Source: a phage. Taken from it: a stretch of DNA of 64,000 nucleotides. Within the stretch, counting starts at the first letter, position 1, and the number at the start of each line of letters is the position of its first letter. A program made the position numbers and the translations under genes. Below, one piece after another: positions 54,478 through 63,848 of this stretch. The stretch lies in the sequence record PX104379.1; one strand, given 5' to 3'. The notes under the pieces are model-generated. The model saw only the letters and a list, made by a program, of their open reading frames with translations, was not told the origin of the DNA and ran no database searches.

Positions 54478-55128
54478 TTATTTTTCCTTTCTTATGAAGT
54501 TTTCTATCATATGTCTATAGCAGATATTAGGATAACCTGCCTTGACAGCTATTTTATTAAATTTTGTGCGCTTAGGTCTATTATTATAAACCCATAATTC
54601 ATAAAGCGCATCATAACTATTCCATATTTCTCCTCGCCTAGGATTTGGTAAACCATATCGAGGTGAATTTTTACCGCTAAATCTTCCTTTTCGGGCTTTA
54701 CTCATATTAGCCTTGGCTTCATCGGATATAATTTTACCTTTATGAGCTAGACGCATTTTGGCTTTAGTTTCTTCTGGGGTCTTTTTGCCTTTAATCCATG
54801 ACGGCTTGCCATATCTAGGATTATTTTCACCCGAGAAAAGAACAGAGTTTTGGATTTTAAGGGTTTCTATTAATCTACTTGTTAATTTAACACCTTTATT
54901 ATATCGCATTAAATTTACAGCATAATGCAATCCTCTCACATCTGGATATATTTTAGTTAATAATCTATGAGCTATAAAATGCTCACGCGCAGTTAACTCA
55001 ACAAGATTGTTTTTGTCATCTGCTCCTCCTATACATCTAGGAATTATATGATGGCGTTCTTTATATCCGCCAAGATGCCGGCATTTAGCTTTTGTAATTA
55101 AAGCCGAGTAAATTTTTTGGTAATTCAC
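54478..55128 (-). CDS. HNH homing-endonuclease-like protein with NUMOD3 DNA-binding repeats, 216 aa
   Basis: HNH motif ERHHIIPRCIGGADDKNNLVELTAREHFIAH; two NUMOD3-like repeats (PEETKAKMRLAHKGK, SDEAKANMSKARKGR). Confidence 0.8.
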   Translation of the reverse strand: MNYQKIYSALITKAKCRHLGGYKERHHIIPRCIGGADDKNNLVELTAREHFIAHRLLTKIYPDVRGLHYAVNLMRYNKGVKLTSRLIETLKIQNSVLFSGENNPRYGKPSWIKGKKTPEETKAKMRLAHKGKIISDEAKANMSKARKGRFSGKNSPRYGLPNPRRGEIWNSYDALYELWVYNNRPKRTKFNKIAVKAGYPNICYRHMIENFIRKEK

Positions 55129-55198
55129 ATATATCCTTTCAATTCATGGGTTAGTAGATTAATTATACAATAAATATATAAAGCAATAAGGAGGATAT

Positions 55199-55399
55199 AT
55201 GGTACAAAAATTAATGGCACTTGTTAATGCCATAAAAGGTAATAAAAAACGTATAGCTTTTACTATTTCTGCTATGGTAGGAATTTTACTCTGGAACTTT
55301 ATTTTATCACCAATTGCAATTGCGCATGGTGTTAATATTCCAGTAGTTACTCTTGATACATTCGTAGATCTAGCATTTGCTTTAGTTGGGTTAATTTAA
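55199..55399 (+). CDS. small membrane protein, 66 aa, opposite strand to the surrounding early genes
   Basis: Strong AAGGAGG Shine-Dalgarno 7 nt upstream of the ATG; hydrophobic helices; no overlapping minus-strand ORF. Confidence 0.55.
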   Translation: MVQKLMALVNAIKGNKKRIAFTISAMVGILLWNFILSPIAIAHGVNIPVVTLDTFVDLAFALVGLI

Positions 55400-56424
55400 A
55401 TCTTGGCATATTTAGATAGCCGCATTTTAGCCATTAACCCCTGGGCAATATTATTTTTCATATATTCCATAATTTGTTCAGGGGTTGCACCTTCCTTTCT
55501 AATCATATCATTGACATCTTTTGATTTCCAGGGAGATTTATCCCAAAACATAACCCTTTCTCCTGCATCAACTAATTTAGTCATTCGTTTGATAGTGTCA
55601 GGGTGACGAGGTTCATTATCTAAAACCCACACTCGTCTATCTTTAAATGGAACAATTTCTAGGTCTAATTGACCACCCGTAATAGCTATACCATTTTCAA
55701 TAAAAAGTGAATCTATAGGTCCTTCTAGAACATATACATCACCATCTTTAACTCGTTCGACTCCATATATTTTTGTTGCCTCAGGATAAGCTTTGATGGT
55801 GATATATTTTTGAGGAGCATCTTTCTTTAATGCACGTCCTTGAAAAGACTCAGCTTTTCCATTAGCATTATAAATTGGAATAACAAGACGAGGCTCAGAA
55901 ATTTCCTTTTTGTATGTTCCCGGTGCTATGCTATTAACTAATTTAGGCCATTCAGTTGTAAACCAAAGATATTTCCATTTATCCTTTGGAATACAACGAG
56001 CTTTTACATATTTTATAATTGGATGGTCTTCCGCCAGTTTATCTAATCTAACACATGACGGAAGAGATTTAATTATTTTCTTCTCAAGTTGTTTAGGAAG
56101 TTCTTTAGGTTTTTCTACTGGACGACTTTTACCTTTTTCTTTTCTTATTTCAAAGATATACTCACGATATAAATCAGGTTCAAACTCCTTTAAATATATT
56201 CCGATTGGTGCATGATAGTTACAGTTATAACAATGAATATTTCCTTCATTATTATCACCATAATACCATCCACGAGCTTTATTCTGGTCGGTTTTTGAAT
56301 CTCCACAAACAGGGCATCTAAACCGTAATTTAAAAGTTGAACTATTATTTACTTGTGTGAATTTAGGTAAATGAGCTAATGCACGATACGCAAACTCATT
56401 ATCAATCCAAGGTATTGATGACAT
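55396..56424 (-). CDS. 61: DNA primase gp61, 342 aa
   Basis: 342 aa; N-terminal zinc-binding CPVCGDS ... CYNCNYH; Toprim-like core. Confidence 0.9.
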   Translation of the reverse strand: MSSIPWIDNEFAYRALAHLPKFTQVNNSSTFKLRFRCPVCGDSKTDQNKARGWYYGDNNEGNIHCYNCNYHAPIGIYLKEFEPDLYREYIFEIRKEKGKSRPVEKPKELPKQLEKKIIKSLPSCVRLDKLAEDHPIIKYVKARCIPKDKWKYLWFTTEWPKLVNSIAPGTYKKEISEPRLVIPIYNANGKAESFQGRALKKDAPQKYITIKAYPEATKIYGVERVKDGDVYVLEGPIDSLFIENGIAITGGQLDLEIVPFKDRRVWVLDNEPRHPDTIKRMTKLVDAGERVMFWDKSPWKSKDVNDMIRKEGATPEQIMEYMKNNIAQGLMAKMRLSKYAKI

Positions 56425-56426
56425 TT

Positions 56427-56591
56427 TTACTCTTCTTTTTCTTTAGATTCCTCTTTTTTCTTTTTAGGAATCTGTTCAGGACCTTTATTTACTACAGCAC
56501 CTGATGTTGTTCCAGTAGAGATATTTTCAGGATTACCACCTGAATCTCCAGCAACCATATCTTCTTTAATAAATTCTTTATATGTTTTCAT
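56427..56591 (-). CDS. small charged ORF, 54 aa, hand-called
   Basis: Hand translation MKTYKEFIKEDMVAGDSGGNPENISTGTTSGAVVNKGPEQIPKKKKEESKEKEE; fills the gap between the 61.1-like ORF and gene 61. Confidence 0.35.
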   Translation of the reverse strand: MKTYKEFIKEDMVAGDSGGNPENISTGTTSGAVVNKGPEQIPKKKKEESKEKEE

Positions 56592-56592
56592 A

Positions 56593-56949
56593 TTAACCTC
56601 TATTCATAAAAGCATTAAAAATTTGGTCATCAATAGATGGCACAGTAATATTTTCTGCATCATTTAGCAAATCATTAATTTCATCGGATAGCATAACACA
56701 TGTACCTTTATTTCCTGTAATTGTTACTGCGCAATTACGAACGTTTTCTTTATTAAATTTTAGGTTAATATTTTCGTAATGAAAATCCTTTAATGCTGAA
56801 TATATTTTTAAAATAAAATTGTCTTTTACTACAATAAACCCAACCTCACTATTAAAACGTGGTTCATGGAAACTGTAATAAACCTTTTCATCTATAAAAT
56901 CGTATGAAATTTTTTCCATTTTTAAATATGAAAATTCAGAACTATACAT
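56593..56949 (-). CDS. hypothetical protein, 118 aa (61.1-like); C-terminus shared with the next ORF
   Basis: C-terminal ...SIDDQIFNAFMNRG identical to the C-terminus of ORF 56951..57577. Confidence 0.55.
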   Translation of the reverse strand: MYSSEFSYLKMEKISYDFIDEKVYYSFHEPRFNSEVGFIVVKDNFILKIYSALKDFHYENINLKFNKENVRNCAVTITGNKGTCVMLSDEINDLLNDAENITVPSIDDQIFNAFMNRG

Positions 56950-56950
56950 A

Positions 56951-57577
56951 TTAACCTTTATTCATAAAAGCATTAAAAATTTGGTCATCAATAGAAACAT
57001 TTACTTTAGACTGTTTTTCTGATGGTAATTCATATCCACATATTACAATTTTGTGATCAATATCAAAATACACAGAAGCAATATGATTAATGATGTTTTC
57101 AGTAAAGTCTAAATCAACATCAATATCTTTTTGACCACAGCCCAAAGGATAAATAATGCGAGTAATTCGATTATCTTTAACAAATATTCCACCGACATAC
57201 TCTGTGCTGCGTTTAAAGTCTACACGCCGACGAAATGAAAAATATTCAGGCTCTCTATGAGCTCGGCTCATAGGACACAACGAGTAACTAGAATAAGAGA
57301 TGTCAAATCCTACACCTTCGATATGAGCCAAAGTGTTATGATTAAACCAATTATAATCGTACGCCAAATCCATTAGATTATAATATGTAAAAGGCACCGG
57401 ATTAACATCATTAGTCACAAGCATGTAATTAGCAACTGCTATAATTTCATTGTTTTTAACGAATACAAACCGTGATTGATGCGAATGACCTGGACCCGCG
57501 TTTTCACGATTAATGATATAACACTGGGCACCTTTATATTTGTATGTATCTCTGCACTTGTGCATTTGATAGAGCAT
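56951..57577 (-). CDS. hypothetical protein, 208 aa (61.2-like)
   Basis: ORF track; C-terminal ...SIDDQIFNAFMNKG. Confidence 0.55.
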   Translation of the reverse strand: MLYQMHKCRDTYKYKGAQCYIINRENAGPGHSHQSRFVFVKNNEIIAVANYMLVTNDVNPVPFTYYNLMDLAYDYNWFNHNTLAHIEGVGFDISYSSYSLCPMSRAHREPEYFSFRRRVDFKRSTEYVGGIFVKDNRITRIIYPLGCGQKDIDVDLDFTENIINHIASVYFDIDHKIVICGYELPSEKQSKVNVSIDDQIFNAFMNKG

Positions 57578-57870
57578 TATTCACCTACCACTTCAGCGAT
57601 GATATTTTTATTATTAAAGTTTTTATCACAATACAGAACATAATTATACTGCATTACACCACCAGACTTAAGCTGTTTTTGTACTTCAGCTTTCATTTCA
57701 GGACGATCACGCTCAACGATATTCATAATATCCGCTTCAATTTGAGTTTCAACTTCAGTCTGATCTGCAGTCATAGACCATTCGCACAAATCTTTATCAT
57801 AACCTGCCATAGCAGGCTGAGCAGCACAAGAAGCTAAAGCAAAAATTGTGGCAAAGATAAATTTTTTCAT
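57577..57870 (-). CDS. sp: Spackle periplasmic superinfection-exclusion protein, 97 aa
   Basis: 97 aa with cleavable signal peptide MKKFIFATIFALASCAAQPAMA; position between 61 and dmd. Confidence 0.8.
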   Translation of the reverse strand: MKKFIFATIFALASCAAQPAMAGYDKDLCEWSMTADQTEVETQIEADIMNIVERDRPEMKAEVQKQLKSGGVMQYNYVLYCDKNFNNKNIIAEVVGE

Positions 57871-57930
57871 GATAATCTCCTCAGTAGTTTATGTTTATAT
57901 AATATCTCAATTTCCAACAAAAGTAAACAG

Positions 57931-58188
57931 TTATTTTAAAACTTCTGCGTAATCACATGTTACAAACTGTTTCTCTAGCTTGACGATTTTACGAAAGTAT
58001 CTTTTGCATTGGCGAATCTGCCGCTTCGTAGGGCGAACAGCAAACTTAATAAATTCCACTCGACCAAATGGAGGGCTTTCTTCTGATGGAATATCTAACA
58101 CCAATTCCCACGTATCTGCAATAAGTGCTTTGAATTGCGTATTTTTCCTGACATTATACGGAGTAGGTTTAAATAAAACAATATGCAT
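57931..58188 (-). CDS. hypothetical protein, 85 aa
   Basis: ORF track. Confidence 0.55.
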   Translation of the reverse strand: MHIVLFKPTPYNVRKNTQFKALIADTWELVLDIPSEESPPFGRVEFIKFAVRPTKRQIRQCKRYFRKIVKLEKQFVTCDYAEVLK

Positions 58189-58189
58189 A

Positions 58190-58372
58190 TTATCCTCGGC
58201 AATCTACTTCACATACTTTCTTGTCATCAATGAAAGCTTTAACTAATGCTTTATTAACTTCAGCATATTGAGTAGTAGCCCATTGAACGTCATCTTTCAT
58301 CATTGTGGTTTCTTTAGTAAACATGCTTTCATTCTTAAACCACCCCATAAAAACTACCTTTACCAATTCCAT
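58190..58372 (-). CDS. dmd: Dmd, 60 aa (antitoxin against host RnlA/LsoA RNases)
   Basis: 60 aa; directly downstream of gene 41 as in T4. Confidence 0.8.
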   Translation of the reverse strand: MELVKVVFMGWFKNESMFTKETTMMKDDVQWATTQYAEVNKALVKAFIDDKKVCEVDCRG

Positions 58373-58397
58373 AACAATCTCCTCATTTAACCAACAA

Positions 58398-58435
58398 GAC
58401 TACTATACCATAGTCTTGTCAGCTTGTAAACTAAA
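58398..58435 (-). promoter_or_regulatory. T4 early-type promoter upstream of dmd
   Basis: Plus strand ctactatacc ... 16 nt ... tgtaaac. Confidence 0.45.
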
Positions 58436-59858
58436 ATTTTAATTCATTTGCCAAAGCATCTAACTGAGCTCGAGTGGATTCATTTCTTTGATAGCGATTC
58501 TGCTCAGCCTGAATCTGTTGTGAACCTGCTACTTCACTCACTTCAGTTGGAGTAGAATCTTGTTCAATTTCTACCCATTTTTGATTTCCTTTTTGAACAC
58601 CCATCAAAAACTTATTCCACTTATTCTTATCACCATATCGTGATTTGATTTGCTTAATGAGTTGTTGTTCAGCAGCTGCTAGCTCCTCGGTTTCAATGAC
58701 CGCAAGCATAAAATCAGCTGTTGCTGGAAGACCAGCAGATTCTGCAATATCGCTCATGTTAACATCGGAAGAGTCCCAAGCTTGTTTACCAACCTGTGCT
58801 GCAGTCCAAAGAACAGTTTCGGTTTCAACAGCCAGAGCACGCAATTCCTCTGCGATAGCTTTAACAGTTGTGTAACTATTTTCTGAATAAACTCTAATGC
58901 GGCAAGATTTACAAATACCTAGATAGTCGACAATAATGATTGTTGGAACAAAATTCTTCTTGAGCTTTAATTCATTTAAAAGTGATCGAAATGTATTAGC
59001 GTCTGCTCCACCAGTAGGATATTGCTTAACGATTAAACGACCAAGGGTAGATTTCTCACGCCATTTTTCCATTTTTCCTTTATACTCAGCGTAAGAAATA
59101 TGTCCATCATCAATGTCATCAAGAGAAACATCAAGCATGTTAGCGTCAATACGCTTAGCACAGACTTCTTCTGCCATTTCCATGGAGATATAAAGAACGT
59201 TATGACCAAGCTGCAAATAATCTGCTGCTAATGAACAAAGTCCTAATGATTTACCAACGTTAACGCCAGCCATTAAAACGTTCAGTGTTCCAATTTCAGC
59301 TCCGCCTTTAGTAATTTTGTTTAGAATTCTGAGTTTAAATGGAACCTTACGAGCTTTATTCATATAAGATAGCCAACGCGCTTCATAGTCATCCATCCAA
59401 TCATGACCAACGTAGCTATCAAATGAAATTGATAATGCTTGGCGCATGATGTCAGGAATAGCACCTACATCTGGCATTTTCTTATTTCGTTTTTCCGGAG
59501 GAAGCTCAGCATTAGTTTGAATTTCGATTATTTTAGATGTAGCATTAAACATCGCCCTTTGCTGAACATATTTTTCTGTTTCTTTTACTAACCAGCTGTG
59601 GTCTTCTGGAGAATCAGCCAGTTTTGAAATAAGTGTTTTTACACCAGAATATTCTGTTTCAGTAAATGAACTATTTTCTAATGCAACATTTAACGCATTA
59701 ATAGATGGAACGCTATGATACTCATTAACATGAGATTTAATTAATTTGAATGTATTTTTAGCTGGACCACTTTCAAAATATTCTGAATCCATATATGGCC
59801 AAACTTTTGAAAAATAAGCTTGATCAAATATGAGATGAGAAAGAATAATTTCTACCAC
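58431..59858 (-). CDS. 41: replicative DNA helicase gp41 (DnaB-like), 475 aa
   Basis: 475 aa; Walker A GVNVGKS. Confidence 0.95.
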   Translation of the reverse strand: MVEIILSHLIFDQAYFSKVWPYMDSEYFESGPAKNTFKLIKSHVNEYHSVPSINALNVALENSSFTETEYSGVKTLISKLADSPEDHSWLVKETEKYVQQRAMFNATSKIIEIQTNAELPPEKRNKKMPDVGAIPDIMRQALSISFDSYVGHDWMDDYEARWLSYMNKARKVPFKLRILNKITKGGAEIGTLNVLMAGVNVGKSLGLCSLAADYLQLGHNVLYISMEMAEEVCAKRIDANMLDVSLDDIDDGHISYAEYKGKMEKWREKSTLGRLIVKQYPTGGADANTFRSLLNELKLKKNFVPTIIIVDYLGICKSCRIRVYSENSYTTVKAIAEELRALAVETETVLWTAAQVGKQAWDSSDVNMSDIAESAGLPATADFMLAVIETEELAAAEQQLIKQIKSRYGDKNKWNKFLMGVQKGNQKWVEIEQDSTPTEVSEVAGSQQIQAEQNRYQRNESTRAQLDALANELKF

Positions 59859-59867
59859 ACTTACTCC

Positions 59868-60230
59868 TTAAAAGAATTTAAATTTTTTCTTTGACCTTTT
59901 ATTAAATGCATCTTGCAGTTGCATTGTAATACATTTTTCTACATGAGGAGCTAACTCAGCTTTTCTTTCTTGGTCAAGAACAGCAAAGTCCATTACAACC
60001 TTTCCATCAACCCAATCCAGTTTAGTTACATACACTATATGTGTAGAACCATCTTCTAGTTTAATGACAATCTCCTGGATAACATTTTCCATAGCGGATT
60101 TAATTATCTTAAGAGACTCATTAAAAAGACGTTCTTTTCTTTCTTCTTCCCCCTCCAAAGAGGGGGATTCATCGATAATTTCTAGATCTAAATCTAAATC
60201 ATCTTTATTCATTAAATTCTTCCATATCAC
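59868..60230 (-). CDS. 40: gp40 head-assembly protein, 120 aa
   Basis: Located between uvsX and 41 as in T4. Confidence 0.7.
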   Translation of the reverse strand: MIWKNLMNKDDLDLDLEIIDESPSLEGEEERKERLFNESLKIIKSAMENVIQEIVIKLEDGSTHIVYVTKLDWVDGKVVMDFAVLDQERKAELAPHVEKCITMQLQDAFNKRSKKKFKFF

Positions 60231-61386
60231 TTAACTGCTCGAGGTCAGTTTCTAAATCAGCAGCTGATTTACTTTTACTTTCTGGAGATTTAAATTTTTC
60301 AACCTTTGAGTTAATCAATTCATCGACTTCAGCTTCAACAATTTCATTACTATCAATAGCACCTAACTGATAAGCACGTTTAATAGCATCTCGGAATGGT
60401 TGATGCTTAAATAAAGGACCCCAGAATGTAGTGCAGTTGGTATCTTTTGCACGCCAAGATTTTTCTTCGCGAATCATCTCGCCGGTTTCTTCATCAAGAA
60501 ATTCACGAGCATACCAGCCATTTTTAGGTTTTACCACGAATCCTAATTCTAGAGCCATATCTAACAATCCAGAATAAGGATCGATACCACCGTCAAATTT
60601 AACATCAATAAAGAATTTACTTTTTTCTTTAACGGTACGAGATTTTTCTACATTTAGAACAAATTGATACCCCTGAAGATCAGAACCATCTTTAATCTGA
60701 CGCTTACCGATAATGAATACAGTATCAGCCGAATACATTACGCCTGTACCACCTGTCATCACGGTTTTACTAAACATTTCAATTGTTTCAATTGTATGGT
60801 TAACCGCAACACATGGAATATTTTTAATGCTAAAGTAAGGAGTAACAATACGGAATAATGACTTCAGTGATTTAGCACGAGTCATATCTGCCACAGATTT
60901 TTCATTCAAGGCATCTTCAGTTTCTTTCTTAGAAGCCATATTACCGATTGAGTCGATGAATACAATAACTTTTTCACCGCGCTCAATAGCTTCAAGCTGA
61001 TTCACCATATCAATTTTTAGCTGTTCAACTGACTGAATCGGCGTATGAATTACTCGTTCCGGGTCAACTCCCATGGATCGCAAATAAGCTGGAGTAATAC
61101 CAAATTCGCTATCATAGAATAGACAAACCGCGTCAGGATATTTGTTCAAATATGCCGCAACCATAGTCAAAGACATATTTGATTTAAAGTGTTTAGAAGG
61201 CCCTGCGAAAATAGTTAAACCAGACTGCATGCCGCCATCAATCGCACCAGAAATAGCAATATTAAGCATTGGGATTTTTGTACGGATTACATCCTTTTCA
61301 TTAAAGAATTTAGATGTAGTCAGTTCAGCAGTCATTTTAGAAGTGGAAGCTTTAATCAAACGGGATTTTAAATCTGCAATAGACAT
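60205..61386 (-). CDS. uvsX: UvsX recombinase (RecA/Rad51 family), 393 aa
   Basis: Walker A GPSKHFKS; recognised as UvsX. Confidence 0.95.
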   Translation of the reverse strand: MSIADLKSRLIKASTSKMTAELTTSKFFNEKDVIRTKIPMLNIAISGAIDGGMQSGLTIFAGPSKHFKSNMSLTMVAAYLNKYPDAVCLFYDSEFGITPAYLRSMGVDPERVIHTPIQSVEQLKIDMVNQLEAIERGEKVIVFIDSIGNMASKKETEDALNEKSVADMTRAKSLKSLFRIVTPYFSIKNIPCVAVNHTIETIEMFSKTVMTGGTGVMYSADTVFIIGKRQIKDGSDLQGYQFVLNVEKSRTVKEKSKFFIDVKFDGGIDPYSGLLDMALELGFVVKPKNGWYAREFLDEETGEMIREEKSWRAKDTNCTTFWGPLFKHQPFRDAIKRAYQLGAIDSNEIVEAEVDELINSKVEKFKSPESKSKSAADLETDLEQLSDMEEFNE

Positions 61387-61463
61387 TCATTTTTTCCATA
61401 GGCATCATTATATTTTCCTCACTGGTTAAAGATAGAGTAATTATAACACAATAAATTTAGGCA

Positions 61464-62312
61464 TTAATCAACTGCTATCGGATGAATAGCATTAAACTTA
61501 TGAAATGCTTCTGATTTTTCTTTGCGCGAAACACACATGCGAAGAACCTTTAATGGCTCGTCTTCTTCACCCAACGATTTTCGTTTTTCAATATTAGAAG
61601 TTTTCCAACGAGCTTGCTCTGGAAACTCTCTATTGATTTGCTCAAGCGCTCTATTATGTTTAGAATTACTACGAATTGAACTACACCCGCCAGGAGCTTG
61701 CGCTTTACCTGATACAACCAGATATTTGAACAAGGCCAAATGCGGATAACCTTGATTAATTAAATTGAGAAATGCATACATATCTTCGCACAAATCAATT
61801 TTTCCATACCCAATTTGTTCTGTCGTAAGTTTTCCAAGGTCATACCATGTATTCGTGAATCCATATGAATTTTCACGATAATTACCCCAAGATGAAGTAA
61901 TTTTAAAAATAGGTAGACGAGCATGACCGTGATAATACCCGCAATCCATAGCATCTTCAACGTATTGAATCAATTCGTAGAATTGTTCACGGGTTAATTG
62001 ATTGACTTTATCTACACAGCGACGATCATCTCTTTTTCGCATTGAGCTCATACGAATCGTAGTATCATCGTCAATCATCCAGATTCGTTGACCTGCATAC
62101 ATATCAGTAATTGCTTTACGAGTACCGGCAATTCCGTTTACATCATCAGGAATAGTTACAATTTTAGCTCTAGACCCGTAAGCGTCATAATAAGCTTTTT
62201 CTTCGTGTTCACGCACTACAATATGGGGTTCATAATCAGTTGGAAACATATCAAGGGCAGAAACTGCCCCAACACGCTGATAGCTTGGAATTACGAATTG
62301 AATCATTTCCAC
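61464..62312 (-). CDS. putative glycosyltransferase (GT-A-like) at the beta-gt locus, 282 aa
   Basis: N-terminal VIPSYQR and DxD-type motif IWMIDDDTTI; lies between uvsX and 42. Confidence 0.6.
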   Translation of the reverse strand: MEMIQFVIPSYQRVGAVSALDMFPTDYEPHIVVREHEEKAYYDAYGSRAKIVTIPDDVNGIAGTRKAITDMYAGQRIWMIDDDTTIRMSSMRKRDDRRCVDKVNQLTREQFYELIQYVEDAMDCGYYHGHARLPIFKITSSWGNYRENSYGFTNTWYDLGKLTTEQIGYGKIDLCEDMYAFLNLINQGYPHLALFKYLVVSGKAQAPGGCSSIRSNSKHNRALEQINREFPEQARWKTSNIEKRKSLGEEDEPLKVLRMCVSRKEKSEAFHKFNAIHPIAVD

Positions 62313-63043
62313 TCACCGTTATAATCTTTTTTCACAATATGAGTTTCGCCAGTATTCCACCAATGATCAACCAAGTAAAAATGACGAGAATATACATGAA
62401 GACTTCCAACATTCCATATAATAGAACCTGCTTTATACTGACGAGTTGAATCGCCTGCATTCAAATCAGATACTAATTTATCTAATACGTATTTTTGCCA
62501 TGCATAATCATTACGGAATCCGAAGACCACGTCATTTGAACGCATGCTTACTACTGCATTGACTTTCTTATCACGAATCAGGTACTGTACTGTATTAGTA
62601 CACATGAAATCTGACATACCATCTTTATTGTAGTCAAATTGCATGGATGGACGAGTATAAATCATGATACCACGTCGAGAATCAGGATTTTGACCAAGTT
62701 CAGCTAAACACATATCATACTGGGCATAGTTATCTTCTGACCAAATAGCCCAACCATAATTCGAGTTAATTTCGCCTTTAGAAGATGCTACCTGCTGCCA
62801 AATCTTTGGTGTTTCACCTGGAATATCTTTAACAAACAAGCTCTTAGATTTATACCATTCAAGTTCGCGCTGAATGTATTCATCATTAAGAGCGCCAAAA
62901 ATAAACGGTTCATCTGCTACAAATGATGCGCCAATAATTTCAATAGTTTTAACACCGGTTTTATCAACTACGAAATCTTTTTCTTTTAATGCAAGCCCCA
63001 AATGAAGACGGATTTCTTCAACTGTCATAGAGTCACTAATCAT
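62303..63043 (-). CDS. 42: dCMP hydroxymethylase gp42, 246 aa
   Basis: 246 aa as T4 gp42; thymidylate-synthase-like fold. Confidence 0.9.
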   Translation of the reverse strand: MISDSMTVEEIRLHLGLALKEKDFVVDKTGVKTIEIIGASFVADEPFIFGALNDEYIQRELEWYKSKSLFVKDIPGETPKIWQQVASSKGEINSNYGWAIWSEDNYAQYDMCLAELGQNPDSRRGIMIYTRPSMQFDYNKDGMSDFMCTNTVQYLIRDKKVNAVVSMRSNDVVFGFRNDYAWQKYVLDKLVSDLNAGDSTRQYKAGSIIWNVGSLHVYSRHFYLVDHWWNTGETHIVKKDYNGEWK

Positions 63044-63196
63044 TTAAACCTCAATTGATACATTCATATTTAACTTGTAACAGTAATAAACTCCACCCTA
63101 AAATAATAGTTGGAATCATAAGAGGAACCGTTACGCTATAGTATATACTTATTATAATCATCAAGATTAAAAGCAACACTGTTATAATTTTGCTTT

Positions 63197-63448
63197 TCAT
63201 TCCTTCTCTCTGATGATAATTACTTGATTTTGTTGTGCAGACTTTTTAGTTTCACCCGCAATTGACCAAATAAATGTAATAAACCAACCAATAATTGACC
63301 AGTTAAACAGTAAAGATGTGAAAAAGATTCCTACTGTCGATTTTGACCCACGCATCAAGGCGATAAACCATGGAAGCATGTATATAATAATAGCCAACAC
63401 ACCTGAAACTAAAACCATAAAAATTGAACCTGCTACTAAAGTTTCCAT
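63197..63448 (-). CDS. imm: Imm superinfection immunity membrane protein, 83 aa
   Basis: 83 aa, two TM helices; sequence METLVAGSIFMVLVSGVLAIIIY recognised. Confidence 0.85.
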   Translation of the reverse strand: METLVAGSIFMVLVSGVLAIIIYMLPWFIALMRGSKSTVGIFFTSLLFNWSIIGWFITFIWSIAGETKKSAQQNQVIIIREKE

Positions 63449-63455
63449 GTTTTCC

Positions 63456-63836
63456 TCACTTAGTCAAATTTTTTACGCATGAATTATAAGAATTCACTAC
63501 ATACTCCATCGGAGCATTTTTACCAGTACGCCATTGGTAATTATTAGCCCAATTAGCCCAAAGCTCGGCGCAGTAATTTTCAATTTTTTCTTCGCGTGTA
63601 ATTACATCAGAATTACGATATGCTTGAGCAGATTCATCTGGACGAATAGCTTCGTCAAAATTCGCCTGCATTTGTTCGACTGTTTGCTTTGGAGCTTCTT
63701 TATAACACTTGACATTAGGATTATAAAATTTGCTTGAACAGTTTACAATTTTTCCTACATCAGACTGATTTACTACCGGTCCTTGAGCTACACAACCAGT
63801 AAGACCTAATGCAATAACCAAAATAGCGATTTTCAT
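63456..63836 (-). CDS. putative lipoprotein, 126 aa
   Basis: Signal peptide with lipobox LTGC. Confidence 0.55.
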   Translation of the reverse strand: MKIAILVIALGLTGCVAQGPVVNQSDVGKIVNCSSKFYNPNVKCYKEAPKQTVEQMQANFDEAIRPDESAQAYRNSDVITREEKIENYCAELWANWANNYQWRTGKNAPMEYVVNSYNSCVKNLTK

Positions 63837-63848
63837 AATAATTTCCTC

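Noticed and set aside
54476-56424. Expected Dam DNA adenine methyltransferase between genes 56 and 61
   Set aside because: No ORF with methyltransferase motifs (DPPY, FxGxG) is present; the interval holds an HNH endonuclease and a small membrane ORF instead.
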